Assembly (NCBI GenBank): GCA_038087875.1 | Contig: CM075991.1 | Location: 2,790,001 to 2,854,000 of the forward strand | Direction of reading: 5' to 3' | From: Malacoraja senta | Taxonomy: Eukaryota | Length of the DNA: 64,000 bases | Shown here: piece by piece, positions 51,100 to 63,900 of the stretch | Position numbering within the stretch: position 1 is the first letter of the stretch | How the letters are laid out: each line of letters opens with the position of its first letter | The notes under the pieces: model-generated | What the model was told of the DNA's origin: nothing | The model's input: only the letters and a program-made list of their open reading frames with translations | Database searches by the model: none | Made by a program: the position numbers and the translations under genes

Positions 51100-52694
51100 C
51101 ACAATATTTACAATATTTGGTTGCCACACCGAATGTAAGGGAACTAACAGCATATAGCAAGAAACATTCTCACTTCCAATGGGAATATTTATTAGAAATG
51201 GTTTGCATAAGATGGACTAGAATAAAGAACTAAACCATGATGATATTCATTAATAAGCTGGTGATTTTATTTTTAAATAATGAAGCCACTGCATCACATG
51301 ATCAGTGATGAAGTTAAGAATGATCTTTTACCTAAATGACTTCCTATCAAAACTTCTATATCCTTAAAAAAAAAAAGTACTCTAATATGAGGAAGGACAT
51401 CCTTGTGATTGAGGCAGTGCAGCGTAGGTTCACGAGATTGATCCCTGGGATGGCGGGACTGTCATATGAGGAAAGATTGAAAAGACTAGGCTTGTATTCA
51501 CTGGAGTTTAGAAGGATGAGGGGATATCTTATAGAAACATATAAAATTATCAAAGGACTGGACAAGCTAGATGCAGGACATTTTTTCCCCAATGTGGAGC
51601 GAGTCCAGAACCAGGGGCCACAGTCTTAGAATAAAGGGGAGGTCATTTAAGACTGAGGTGAGAAAAAACTTTTTCACCCAGTGAGTTGTGAATTTATGGA
51701 ATTCCCTGCGACAGAGGGCAGTGGAGGCCAAGTCACTGGATGGATTTAAGAGAGAGTTAGATAGAGCTCTAGGGGCTAGTGGAGTCAAGGGATATGGGGA
51801 GAAGGCAGGCACGGGTTATTGATAGGGGACGATCAGCCATCATCACAATGAATGGTGGTGCTGGCTCGAAGGGCCGAATGGCCTCCTCCTGCACCTATTT
51901 TCTATGTTTCTATGTTTCTAATACAAAATATGTTTTCTTGTATTCCTTCCCCCAAAGCAGAGAGGTTTTCTCTGAAGGCTGACTTCCTTTTATGGCCTGC
52001 AGGATGAATGTGTATGGCTGTGCTTAGTCCTACGTTTAAGAATGGCCCTTATTGCTCTTCAGGGAGGCATGTGCAGCCCAGCGTGACACCTGTGGAGGCC
52101 GGGGCTAAAATGCAAGGAAGGGCTAAATCCTGTTGTCCACTTGGTCCCCTGGGACTACCTGGCCGCAAGGCCCGAGACGATATCCAGGATTAAGAGGCAA
52201 AATAAATAGCGGGAGGCCATTTGCCCCTTCAGATCTGCTGTGTTGGTCATTAAAAGTGCGGCTGATCCACCTCAGCAGCATTTCCCAATGCTATCCCTTT
52301 GATTCCTTCATGACCCATCTACATCTTGAATGGACTAAATGACTGAGCCTCTGAAACCTTCCAGGCAGGGAATTTCAAAGATGAGATACCCAGGGAGCAG
52401 AAGATGGAGTTGGGCCCGAGACCAGATCCATCCCTTGACCCAAGTGTACTGTACAACTGTGTACAAATCTCATGCTATGTAGAACTAATGTCTAAGAGGG
52501 ACGGGTTGCAGCTAAACTGGATGAGGATAAATATCCTAGTGGGCAGATTAGCTAGTGCTACTCGGGTGGGTTTAATGTAAAAACAAGGACATGCAGAACT
52601 CAAGACTGTGGAAGTTCAAGGTCTGAAGCTGAATCCCAACATAAAACATCATCTATCCATGTTCTTCTAAAATGCTGCCTGACCTGCTGAGCTA

Positions 52695-53058
52695 CTTTGA
52701 CGAACTGTACACTGCAAGGGCCAGGAAGCGAGCGGTTAAGATCATCTCTGACCCCTCTCACCCTGGCCACAAACTCTTTGAATCACTTCCCTCTGGAAGG
52801 CGACTCCGGACAGTCAAAGCTGCCACAGCCAGACATAAAAACAGTCTTTATCCACGAGCAGTAGCTCTACTCAATAACCAAAAATCTGTAGCCTCCTTTT
52901 GCTCTGGTATTTTGTTTAATCAATAATGGTTTATTATTAATGTTTAATGTTTTATGTATCATTCCTAACTGTCACTGTATGTCCTGTTGTCACTTACGGG
53001 TGGAGCACCAAGTCAAATTCCTTGTATGTGAATACGTGGCCAATAAAGGTATTCATAC
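52695..53058 (+). mobile_element. Rex/Babar-like LINE 3' end
   Basis: IISDPSHPGHKLFESLPSGRRLR..T.RHKNS.YP.AV.LLN peptide, then a 3' UTR with AATAAA. Confidence 0.8.
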
Positions 53059-54188
53059 TTCAGCACTCTGTGTCTTCTCTCGAGGGGGTTTAAACTAGAT
53101 TGGCAGGGAAGAGTGCACCAAAACAGAATGAGACAGATGAGAGGATGGAAGTTGATACAGAATAAACAGTAGCAAGTTCAGTAGACAACAGCCAGGAGTA
53201 CAACTGGTAACAAGGATAGCTCTAAGATTCAATTGTGTTTATTTCAATGTTAGAGGTCTGACAGGCAGGGCTGATGAACTCAGCGTATGGATAAATTGCT
53301 GGGACTGGGATATTATAGCCATTACAGAATCATGGCGTAGGGAGGGGCAGGACTGGGATAGCGATGGAGGGGAGAGTGGAGAAGGAGTTGCATTTTTGAT
53401 TCAGGAGAATATCACAGCTGAAATTACTGAGGGATCATCTAGTGAGGTTCTTTGGGTGGAGCTGGGAAATAAGGAGACAATCACCGTTGTGATTGCACTA
53501 TAGGCTCCCAAATAGTCGTACAGCACAGAAACAGTCCCTTCGGCCCAACGTGTCCGTGTCAACCACGATGCCCTACCCAAGCAAGTCCCATTTATCCAGG
53601 CTTGGCCGATATCTCTACATTTTTTATCCATGTACTTCTCCAAATGTCATCCAAATTTTATTAATGTTTCTGCTTCAGCTACTTCATCTGGCAACTTGTT
53701 CCATACACCCACCACCCTCTTCCTGAAAATGCTGCCCCTCAGGTTCCTATTTAACGTCATACGGAATAGGAGTAGAATTAGGCCATTCGGCCCATCAGGT
53801 TTACTCTGCCACTCAATCATGGCTGATCTATCTCTCCTCCTAACCCCATTCTCCTGCCTTCTCCCCGTAACCTCTGACACCCATACTAATTAAGAATCTA
53901 TCTACCTCTGCCTTAAAAATATCCACTGACTTGGCCTCTACAGCCTTCTGTGGCAAAGAATTCCACAGATTTACTACCCTCTGACTAAAGAAAAATCTCC
54001 TCATATCCTTCCTAAAAGAACGTCCTTGAATTCTGAGGCTATGACCTCCAGTCCTAGACTCTCCCCCTAGTGGAAACATCCTCTCCACATCCACTCTATC
54101 CAAGCCTTTCACTATTCTGTATGTTTCAATGAGGTCCCCCCTCATTCTTCTAAACTCCAGCAAATAGCTCCAGAGGATAACCTCCTCC

Positions 54189-56102
54189 AGAGGAGGACAA
54201 AGGGCTTAATTAGGAAAGGGAAAATAGATTATGAAAGAAAACTGGCAGGGAACATAAAAACTGACTGCAAACATTTTTATAGATATGTGAAGAGAAAGAG
54301 ATTAGTTAAAACAAATGTAGGTCCCTTGCAGTCAGAAACAGGTGAATTGATCATGGGGAACAAGGACATGGCAGACCAATTGAATAACTACTTTGGTTCT
54401 GTCTTCACTAAGGAAGACATAAATAATCTGCCGGAAATAGCAGGGGACCGCGGGTCAAATGAGATGAAGGAACTGAGTGAAATCCAGGTTAGCCGGGAAG
54501 TGGTGTTAGGTAAATTGAATGGATTAAAGGCCGATAAATCCACAGGGCCAGATAGGCTGCATCCCAGAGTACTTAAGGAAGTAGCCCCAGAAATAGTGGA
54601 TGCATTAGTGATAATTTTTCAAAACTCCTTAGATTCTGGAGTAGTTCCTGAGGATTGGAGGGTAGCTAATGTAACCCTACTTTTTTAAAAAGGGAGGGAG
54701 AGAGAAAACGGGGAATTACAGACCAGTTAGCCTAACATCGGTAGTGGGGAAACTGCTAGAGTCAGTTATTAAAGATGGGATAGCAGCACATTTGGAAAGT
54801 GGTGAAATCATTGGACAAAGTCAGCATGGATTTACGAAAGGTAAATCATGTCTGACGAATCTTATAGAATTTTTCGAGGATGTAACTAGTAGAGTGGATA
54901 AAGGAGAACCAGTGGATGTGTTTTATCTGGACTTTCAGAAGGCTTTCTACAAGGTCCCACATAAGAGATTAGTATACAAGCTTAAAGCACACGGTATTGG
55001 GGGTTCAGTATTGATGTGGATAGAGAACTGGCTGGCAAACAGGAAGCAAAGAGTAGGAGTAAATGGGTCCTTTTCAGAATGGCAGGCAGTGACTAGTGGG
55101 GTACCGCAAGGCTCATTGCTGGGACCCCAACTATTTACAATATATATTAATGATTTGGACGAGGGAATTGAATGCAACATCTCCAATTTTGCGGATGACA
55201 CGAAGCTGGGGGGCAGTATTAGCTATGAGGAGGCTGCAAGGTGACTTGGATAGGCTGGGTGAGTGGGCAAATGCATGGCAGATGCAGTATAATGTGGTTA
55301 AATGTGAGGTTATCCACTTTGGTGGCAAAAACAGGAAAGTAGACTATTATCTGAATGGTTGCCAATTAGGAAAAGGGGAGATGCAACGAGACCTGGGTGT
55401 CATGGTACACCAGTCATTGAAAGTAGGCATGCAGGTGCAGCAGGCAGTGAAGAAAGCAAATGGTATGTTAGCATTCATAGCAAAAGGATTTGAGTATAGG
55501 AGCAGGGAGGTTCTACTGCAGTTGTACAGGGTCTTGGTGAGACCACACCTGGAGTATTGCGTACAGTTTTGGTCTCCAAATCTGAGGAAAGACATTCTTG
55601 CCATAGAGGGAGTACAGAGAAGGTTCACCAGATTGATTCCTGGGATGTCAGGACTTTCATATGAAGAAAGACTGGATAGACTCGGCTTGTACTCGCTAGA
55701 ATTTAAAAGATTGAGGGGGGATCTTATAGAAACTTACAAAATTCTTAATGGGTTGGACAGGCTAGATGCAGGAAGATTGTTCCCGATGTTGGGGAAGTCC
55801 AGGACAAGGGGTCACAGTTTGAGGATAAAGGGGAAATCCTTTAGGACCGAGATGAGAAAAACATTTTTCACACAGAGAGTGGTGAATCTCTGGAACTCTC
55901 TGCCACAGAAGATAGTTGAGGCCAGTTCATTGGCTATATTTAAGAGGGAGTTAGATATGGCCCTTGTCAGGGATCAGGGGGTATGGAGAGAAGGCAGGTA
56001 CAGGATACTGAGTTGGATGATCAGCCATGATCATATTGAATGGCGGTGCAGGCTCGAAGGGCCGAATGGCCTACTCCTGCACCTATTTTATATGTTTCTA
56101 TG
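54189..56102 (+). mobile_element. 5'-truncated CR1, same subfamily as the 24.5-28.4 kb copy, frameshifted
   Basis: Near-identical peptide segments spread over three frames; FADD motif. Confidence 0.93.
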
Positions 56103-56215
56103 AATACCGGCCCATTGCCGACAAGTTCTTGAATACCCGCCTTGAGAAAAGGACTCTACATTTACCCTATCTATTCCGCTCATGATTTTATACACCTCTA
56201 TAAGATCACCCCTTA

Positions 56216-56974
56216 AGGGGCTGTCTAACTGCGGCGACCTAATCCGCGAGTTCAGAAGCGTGCCTTCGACCTTCAAGCTCGAGAGCACTCGCCTGAAAAA
56301 CCTTGACCTGGATAGACCGTCACCGATGAAACCATGAGCTGGATCATCCGACCGCATACACACACACACAGAAACACATCGCAAAGGCGGGGGCCAGGGA
56401 AAGCAGGGGAGCGCTGTCTGAAATTCACATCCGCGATGAAGAGAAAGGTAAAAGACAGCTGCGCAGCAGTAAGTCCTTTAGAGAGCGCGGAGGGTGGGTG
56501 GGGCAGAGAAGGGGAGAGAGCGGGAGAGAAGGAGAATGGGAGAGAAGGGGGGAAGAAGGAGTGGAGACACTTTTAAGAAGCTAGACAACATAATAAAGTT
56601 TAGTGTGCATTTTACATTACCGGTCGGTTTTCCTTGGTCCTGAAAACTCCAGTGAGCCAATTAAATTGCCCGGTCAGCGAAGGAGATTGCCTACGGCTGC
56701 CCTTGACTGCCTGTAACTAAATAGGGACCCCACCCCATTGCGCTACGAGTTAAAAAGAACCATGCCGACCAAATTGTACTCGTGGAAAAATTTTCAACAT
56801 GCTGAAAATTTTTCCGCAACCTAGCTGAGGCCACGACTATGCGGGAACTTGCCTCGAGCATGAAGGAGAGTTCCAGTGACCTCCTAGGACCAGGTGTCAA
56901 CCATGCTGCAAGTTTGAGTCGAGGGCAAACTCTTCTAAACTCGCATATTAGGTCGCCGCAGTGGGACAGCCCCT
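56216..56974. mobile_element. PIF/Harbinger-type non-autonomous DNA transposon
   Basis: TIRs AGGGGCTGTCTAACTGCGGCGACCTAAT / ATTAGGTCGCCGCAGTGGGACAGCCCCT; TTA duplication. Confidence 0.78.
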
Positions 56975-57054
56975 TTAGTCTCATGGCTCCTAGAAATAAA
57001 GTCCTGGCCTGCCCAACCTCTCCCTATAGCTCACGTCCTTGAGTCCTGGCAACA

Positions 57055-58120
57055 TCTATATAGCTAAAAGTTTCATCTTGACCACTTCCTGTCTATGCTC
57101 TATATTGATTTTAGAAAAATCGCTACCCTATATCGCTGTGATTTTTGGCCATCTTACTCACAGTCCTCCTTTGCTGAGGCAGCCCCAAGGATTTTTCCGA
57201 TCGATGAAAAATAAAAAAGTTATGCGTGTTTAAAAAATCTTTTGATCAGCTGATTGGTCCTCTCGCCTGTCAATCACGCCCCTTCCGGGGGGTAGGACTA
57301 TAAAACCCCGGATGCCTGGTCGTGAGTCACTGAATCTGGAAAATCGCAAGGGAGAGGCCACAACTGTGATTCTAAGCTGTGAATCAACTGAACTGTGAGT
57401 CTGCAATGTACTTGCAATAAATTATTTATTTGCCCTTAATGACAATGCCATGAGTTGCTTGGCCTGCCCTGCCTGTGCTTGAAACTGCAATGCAAAATTG
57501 GAAATGAAATGACAATGCCATGAGTTGTTTGGCCTGCCCTGCCTGTGCTTGAAACTGCAATGCAAAATTGGAAATGAAATGACAATGCCATGAGTTGTTT
57601 GGCCTGCCCTGCCTGTGTTTGAAATTGCAATGCAAAATTGAAAATGAAATGTCAATGCCATGAGTTGTTTCGCCTGCCCTGCCCTGCCAGTGCTTCAAAC
57701 TGCAATGCAAAATTGAAAATGAAATGACAATGCCATGAGTTGTTTGGCCTGCCCTGCCCGTGCTTGAAACTGCAATGCTGAAAATGAAGTGACAATGCCA
57801 TGAGTTGTTTGGCCTCCCTTGTGCTTGCAATGGATTGACTCAACTTGAAATGGATTGACGACTTAACTTGAAATGGATTGACTTGACTTGAATTTACTTG
57901 ACTTGAAATGGATTGACTTGACTTGAAATAGATTGTTGGCCCTGCACCCACTGTGCTTGACTTGACTTGATCCACAACCACCCATGCTAGCGCTCCAGAA
58001 AGCGCTCCCCCTCCTCCCCACTGGCCAGCAATATTGGAATTGGTGCAGAGGTGGAATATTGCGTTGGGGGACCAGCCCTCCCATGTAAAGCTGGGACCCA
58101 ACGGGTCCCACTTAGTCTAG
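57055..58120 (+). mobile_element. Complete non-autonomous Helitron (1066 bp)
   Basis: A|TCTATATAG...GGGACCC-AAC-GGGTCCC-ACTTAGT-CTAG|T. Removing it restores GGCAACATCCTC of the host CR1 fragment, with no TSD. Confidence 0.9.
57436..57970. repeat. ~60-bp minisatellite (about 6 units) followed by (GACTT)-based repeats, inside the Helitron
   Basis: Repeating ATGACAATGCCATGAGTTGTTTGGCCTGCCCTGCCTGTGCTTGAAACTGCAATGCAAAATTGGAAATGAA. Confidence 0.92.
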
Positions 58121-59912
58121 TCCTCATTAAATCTTCTCTGCACTTTTTCCAGTTCAATGGCATCTTTCCTTTAACAGGGTGACCAAAACTGAAACTAATA
58201 CTCCAAATGTGGCCTCATCAATATCTTGGGCAACTATAACACAATGTCCCAACCTCTATGACAAGGTGGTTATAGTCAGGGATTCTAACTTCCCCAACAC
58301 CTAGTGGTTTGTTCCCTTCTTGAGTTGTACTATCCATATACCGTTTCCAGAAGCCCTCCAGGAATCACCTGATAAATTCTGCACTGTCTAAGCCTTTGGC
58401 ACTGACCAAGTCCCAGTCAATATTGGGAAAGTTAAAGTCACCCACTAAGACCACTTTGTCATCTTGTGGTAATCTTTCTATATTTCTCTTCCTCTATCTC
58501 CTGCTTGCTATTCCGGGGCCTATGGTACAAACCCATAAGACTGCTTGCACTCTCTGAATTTTAAGCTCTTCCGTGGTGGACTGAAGCTGATTATAAGAAT
58601 GATATCTTGATCAGCTGGGCAAGTGGGCTGAGGAATGGCAAATTGAGTTTAATTGAGATGAGTGTGAGGTGTTGCATGTTGGGAAGTCAAACCAGGGGAG
58701 GACCTTTACTGTGAAAGGTGGGATTGTTGTAGAGCAGTGGGATCTAGGAGTACAAGTCGTATAGTTTCCTGAAAGTGGCAGGTAGATTAGATGGTGGTCT
58801 TTTGGCACATTGGCCTTCATCAGTTAGGGAATCACTATTGAAGTTGATACATTATGTTACAGTTGCTCAGTGCATTGGCGAGGCTGCACTTGGAGAAGTG
58901 TGTTCAGCTTTAGTACCATTAATATTGGAAAAAGCACAGAGAAGATTTACGAGGATGTTTCAAAGGTTTCAAAGGTCTTTTATTGTCACATGTACCAGTT
59001 AAGGTGCAGTGATATTCGGATGTTGTCAGGACTTGGGGGGCCTGAGCTAGAGGCAGAGGTTATGTAGGCTGGGGCATTATTTTTTGAAGAGCAGGAGGCT
59101 GAGGGGTGATCTTAGTAGAGGTGAATCAAACCTGAAACTGTCTTTTTCCCAGGGTAGGGGAAACAAGAATAGAAAGCATTAGTTTAAAGTGAGAGAGGAA
59201 AGATTTAAAAAGAACCTGAGAACAACCTTTTCTCACGGAGGGTGGTGGGTTTATGGAACGAGCTGCCAGAAGCAGTGGTTGAGGCTGGTACAATAACAAC
59301 ATTTTAAAAGACATTTGGACGGGTACATGGATGGGAAAGATTTGAGAGATATGGGCCAATCACAATGAAATGGAACTAGCTTAGATTGGGCATCTTGATC
59401 AGCAGGGACGAGTTGGGCCGAAGGGCCTGTTTCCATGTTGCATGATCCATGATAAATCTATTTTGAGGTTGATTATGAAGTAGTTACACTTTGCTGGTTG
59501 CAATGTTACTCGGTATAGAACTGAGCTGGTGGGTGGCAGAATCTTGCAATTTCCACAAGCATCCAAAGAAACATCAGAAGGAGTTAAAGAGATTAAAACT
59601 CCAATTGGTTTCAATGAACACAAATTTCATACTTGGCACTGCCCCACAGTTTACAGATTAAGCAAACATAATATGAGTTATTTTTCAACATTACTCCATT
59701 CCTTCACCAAATCTTGCTTCAGGTTGATCAGAAGATTGCTATGGATGAGGAGATCTGGAGGAAAGTCAGGAACAACAATGCTCTTGCTGGTTGAAAATAG
59801 TTGAAAGTGGGAAGTTAACAGATTGTTTTAAAACAAGGGTTTAAAATTACCACCTGTGATTTACAGTTTTCACTGGACAAGAAATTCTGTGCTTCAAGCA
59901 AATAAATTGAGA

Positions 59913-60690
59913 TATCATAATCATAATCATAATCATACTTTATTAGCCAAGTATGTTTTGCAACATACGAGGAATTTGATTTGCCGTACAAGTCATACCA
60001 ATAAAAAGCAACAAAACACACAAAATACATTTTAACATAAACATCCACCACAGTGACTCCTCCACATCCCTCACTGTGAAGGAAGGCGAAAAAAAGTTCA
60101 ATCTCTTCCCTTCTTTGTTCTTCTGCGGTCGGGGGCCTCGAACCTTCCGTTGACGGGACAATCTTGACTCCCGTGGCCGGCGGCGGCCTTCTGTGTCGGG
60201 GCGATCAAGCTCCTGCATCGGGTGGGGGGGAGGAGGGGAATCTCAGCTCCCCACGCCGAGCGATCTACCCCGGGTCGGGGCTGGTCAAAACCTTCTGCGA
60301 CTGGAGCTTCCCAACATCAGCCTCCACCCGGGACTGCGAGCTCCTCGATGTTGGAATCCGCAGGCCGTGGTTGTAGCGTCGATCCCAGGCAAGGGGTCGG
60401 CTATGACGGTAAGTCCGCGGCCCCGCGGTGGGGCTCAAAGTCAGTCCCGAGCAAGGCCTCTAGCTCCATGATGTTAGGCTGCAGAGCGACCGGAGGTACG
60501 ATCTGGAAAACAATCGCATCTCCGGCAAGGTAAAAGATTGAAAAAAAGTTTCCCCCGACCCCCTCACCCACCCCCCACATAAAACAAACCAGAGAACATT
60601 AACACACACTTTTAAAACACACTAAAAATAACAAAAAAGAAGAAAAACGGACACCGTTGGCAAGGCTGCCATCACTGACGGCGTCACCCA
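59913..60690 (-). mobile_element. GC-rich non-autonomous retroelement copy with (TGATTA)n tail, just 3' of the GCK stop codon
   Basis: Shared head (GGCAGCC..T-rich..GGGGGAAACT) and stem-loop; tail resembles the Rex-like LINE end at 53010-53056. Confidence 0.72.
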
Positions 60691-60797
60691 ATGTTTACCA
60701 GTTTGCCCTTTTTTAGGGAATTCACTGTATTCAGACCAAAAAACTACTGCAGATATAGCAGAGGGTTGAGTTACTGAGTGATAAGGATACTGGCTGA

Positions 60798-60930
60798 TCA
60801 GCTGCCCATCTTGCGAGCCACTGCAGAGATTAATGCTGCTCCCAGGCTACTGCCTTCGGTGGACTGAAGGAAAGTGATGTCACAGTCGGGCGCAAGTTCC
60901 CTGACCATCGTGTGAAACCTATGTTTGAAT
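60798..60930 (-). CDS. GCK: Glucokinase-like hexokinase, last coding exon: [43 protein letters not shown]
   Basis: Pyrimidine tract plus cag acceptor, phase 2. Aligns with the human GCK C-terminus ([41 protein letters not shown]). Same strand as, and upstream of, MYL7 as in human. Upstream exons were not seen in the window. Confidence 0.85.
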
Positions 60931-63900
60931 CTGTGGAGAAAAGTGAGAGGGCGAATGGTTAACACAGCAGGAAGGTAAACTTTCAGCAAGCTTAGATCTC
61001 ACTAGGTTCACAGTGGCTCACACTCGCACAACCAAGTTAGGCCAAGCAACCGCCCTAGAATGAGATCACGCATCTCTCTTCTCCCTGAGGTGGAGTAGAT
61101 GTTGCCATGTGTTGTGAACATGACCCTGCCAATTCATGCAAGGTCCAGTGTGGAGAGAGGCAGGAGAATAGCACAGAGCACATAAGGCGGCATGGTGGCG
61201 CAGCGGTAGAGTTGTTGCCTCACAGCGCCAGAGACCTGGGTTCGATCGTGACTATGGGTGCTCTCTGTACGGAGTTTGTACGTTCTCCCCGTGACCGCAT
61301 GGGTTTTCTCCGGGTGCTTCAGTTTCCTCCCACACTCCAAAGACGTACAGGTTTGTAGGTTAATTGGCTTTGGTAAATTGTAAATTGTCCCTCGTGTGTG
61401 TAGGATAGTATTAGTGTAAGCATGCAAGCAAGTTTATTTATATAACGCATTTCAGCAACAAGGCAATTCAAAGTGATTTGCACAAAGCATTAAAGAACAA
61501 TTAAAAACAGTCATTAAAAAGAATAGGAAATAAAAAACAAGCTAAAATAGAATAAGACAAGTATAAAATACAAGAATAAAAGTTACAGTGCAGTGTAAGA
61601 TGAATAATTATCTAATTTAATTAAAGGCAGTGTTAAACAGAAAAGTGGTGATCAATGGACGGCGCGGACTCGGTGGACCAATGGGCCTGTTTCCGTGCGG
61701 TATCTCTAAACTAAACTAAACTAAGATGATTTATGGAGAACGTGGTATTTTCATGTTAGACCTTGCCTTTCCCCATTGATGCTTTGGATTGCAGACATTC
61801 TTTTCTTTGAATGGAACCCTGGTTGACTGGCCAGGAAAAAGGAAGCATTGTCAGGTATAGAGAGCTGGAATTAAGCAAATTCCTTAAGGACAACGATGTA
61901 GGAGTACACTCAAGAGGGAAATAAGGAGGACAAGAGATATAAGATAGCTTCGGCAGATAAGGTACAGGAGAATTCTAAGAGATTTTATAAGAGTTAATGG
62001 ATAACAAGGGAGAAAATAAGTCCTCTTAAGGATCAATCTGGGTGTCTACATGTGGAGCTACAGATGAGTGAGTTGTTAAGTGAATATTTCTCCGCTGTAT
62101 TTACCATGGATAACATCGTGGAGGCTGGGGAGTAAGGGAAATAAATAGTGATTTATTGGAGGAGGTGCTGGCAGTCTTTAAGCACATTAATGTGGCCTCA
62201 TCAAGTGTATTCTAGGACTTTGTGGGAAGCCAAGGAAGAAACTGCATGGATGGTTAGGATGGCTTTGTGCATGGAAAATTGTAGCACACAAATTTAAATG
62301 AGTTTTTAAAGAGGTGACCAAGAGAATTGACAAAGGCAAGACAGTGCATGTTTGCAAAGTCTTGACTAAGGTCATAAAAAATAGGAGTAGAATTAGGCCA
62401 TTCAGCCCATCAAGTCTACTCCACCATTCAATCATGGCTGATCCATCTCTCCCTCCTAACCCCATTCTCCTGCCTTCTCCCCACAACCTATGACACCCGA
62501 ACTAATCAAGAATTAAACTAGGTCCCGTATGGTAGGATAGTTTGGAAGTTTAGATCATATGGGGTCCAGGATGAATTGGCCAAATGACCATGTAAAATAG
62601 ACTGTATAGAATATAGAATGGTACCGAACAGGAACATGCTCTTTGGCCCACAATGTCTGTACCAAACAGGATGCCAAATTGAACTGATATCTCTTGCCTG
62701 CAAGTGATCCATATCCCTCCAAATCCATCCATATGCCTATCTAACAGTCTCTTAACAGGCACTATCCTATCTACCTCCACCACACCTCTGGCACCACATT
62801 CCAGGCACCCACCCAAAACTTGCCCCAAACGACTCAGAAGGATGTGAGGGAATCTTATTGAAACATATAAGATTATTAAGGGTTAGGACATGCTAGAGGC
62901 AGGAAACATGTTCCCGATGTTGGGGGAGTCCAGAACCAGGGGCCACAGTTTAAGAATAAGGAGTAAGCCATTTGGAACGGAGACGAGGAAACACTTTTTC
63001 TCACAGAGAGTGGTGAGTCTGTGGAATTCTCTGCCTCAGAGGGCGGTGGCGGCAGGTTCTCTGGAAACTTTCAAGAGAGAGCTTGATAGGGCTCTTAAAG
63101 ATAGCGGAGTCAGGGGATATGGGGAGAAGGCAGGAACGGGGTACTGATTGTGGATGATCAGCCATGATCACATTGAATGGCGGTGCTGGCTCGAAGGGCC
63201 GAATGGCCTACTCCTGCACATATTTTGTATGTATGATCAGCCTTGATCACATTGAATGGCGGTGCCGAACTATTGTCCATTGTCTATTTCCTTTAAACTT
63301 TGCACCTCTCATCTTAAACCTATGACTGCTAGTATTTGAGATTTCCACCCTGTGATCAATATTCTGTCTCTCATAGTTTTATACACTTCTATCTGATCTC
63401 CCCTCAGCCTCAGATTCTTGAGTTGTTGCCCTGGAACAAAGGCGATTTGCCTGATGTTGGATAGAGCATGGTGGGTTTCGTTAGAGAGAAACTCTTAACA
63501 TGAAAGACCAGGAAAAAAACAGATTAAATGCAAAAGCAAAAGATAAAAGGCTTCAGGTCTGGTGAAGGGGTGGAGATAATGTGAGGATAAGCAGTTTCTT
63601 TAAAGATATAGAGTGGTCATGAATCGGGACCTGCACAGTTGTTGGAAATAGACCTACTGTAGATTCAATCAGGGCTCTCAGTAGGAAATTGGACAGGCTT
63701 GAGGGGCAGTAATTTGCAGGGTTATGAGCAAAGACCCACAGAATTTAATGGCATTTCCTGTAAGGAACCTGCATGGAATCCAAGGGACGAATTGCCTTCC
63801 TTTGTACGATACAATTTTATTATACAGCTTTGTACATGGTTACCACCAATTTTATTATATAGTCAAGGTGAATATCTGAAAATGTCGTGACCTGCGTGTT

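Noticed and set aside
57436..57830. Regularly spaced repeats resembling a CRISPR array
   Set aside because: Contiguous tandem units with no unique spacers, in a eukaryotic Helitron.
60931..60989. N-terminal part of ORF 60798-60989 ([10 protein letters not shown]...)
   Set aside because: Intronic sequence upstream of the acceptor at 60931; hexokinase similarity begins only at FKHRFH.
61188..61260. tRNA-like sequence with A and B boxes
   Set aside because: It is the head of a multi-copy SINE and continues into SINE core and tail; not a tRNA gene.
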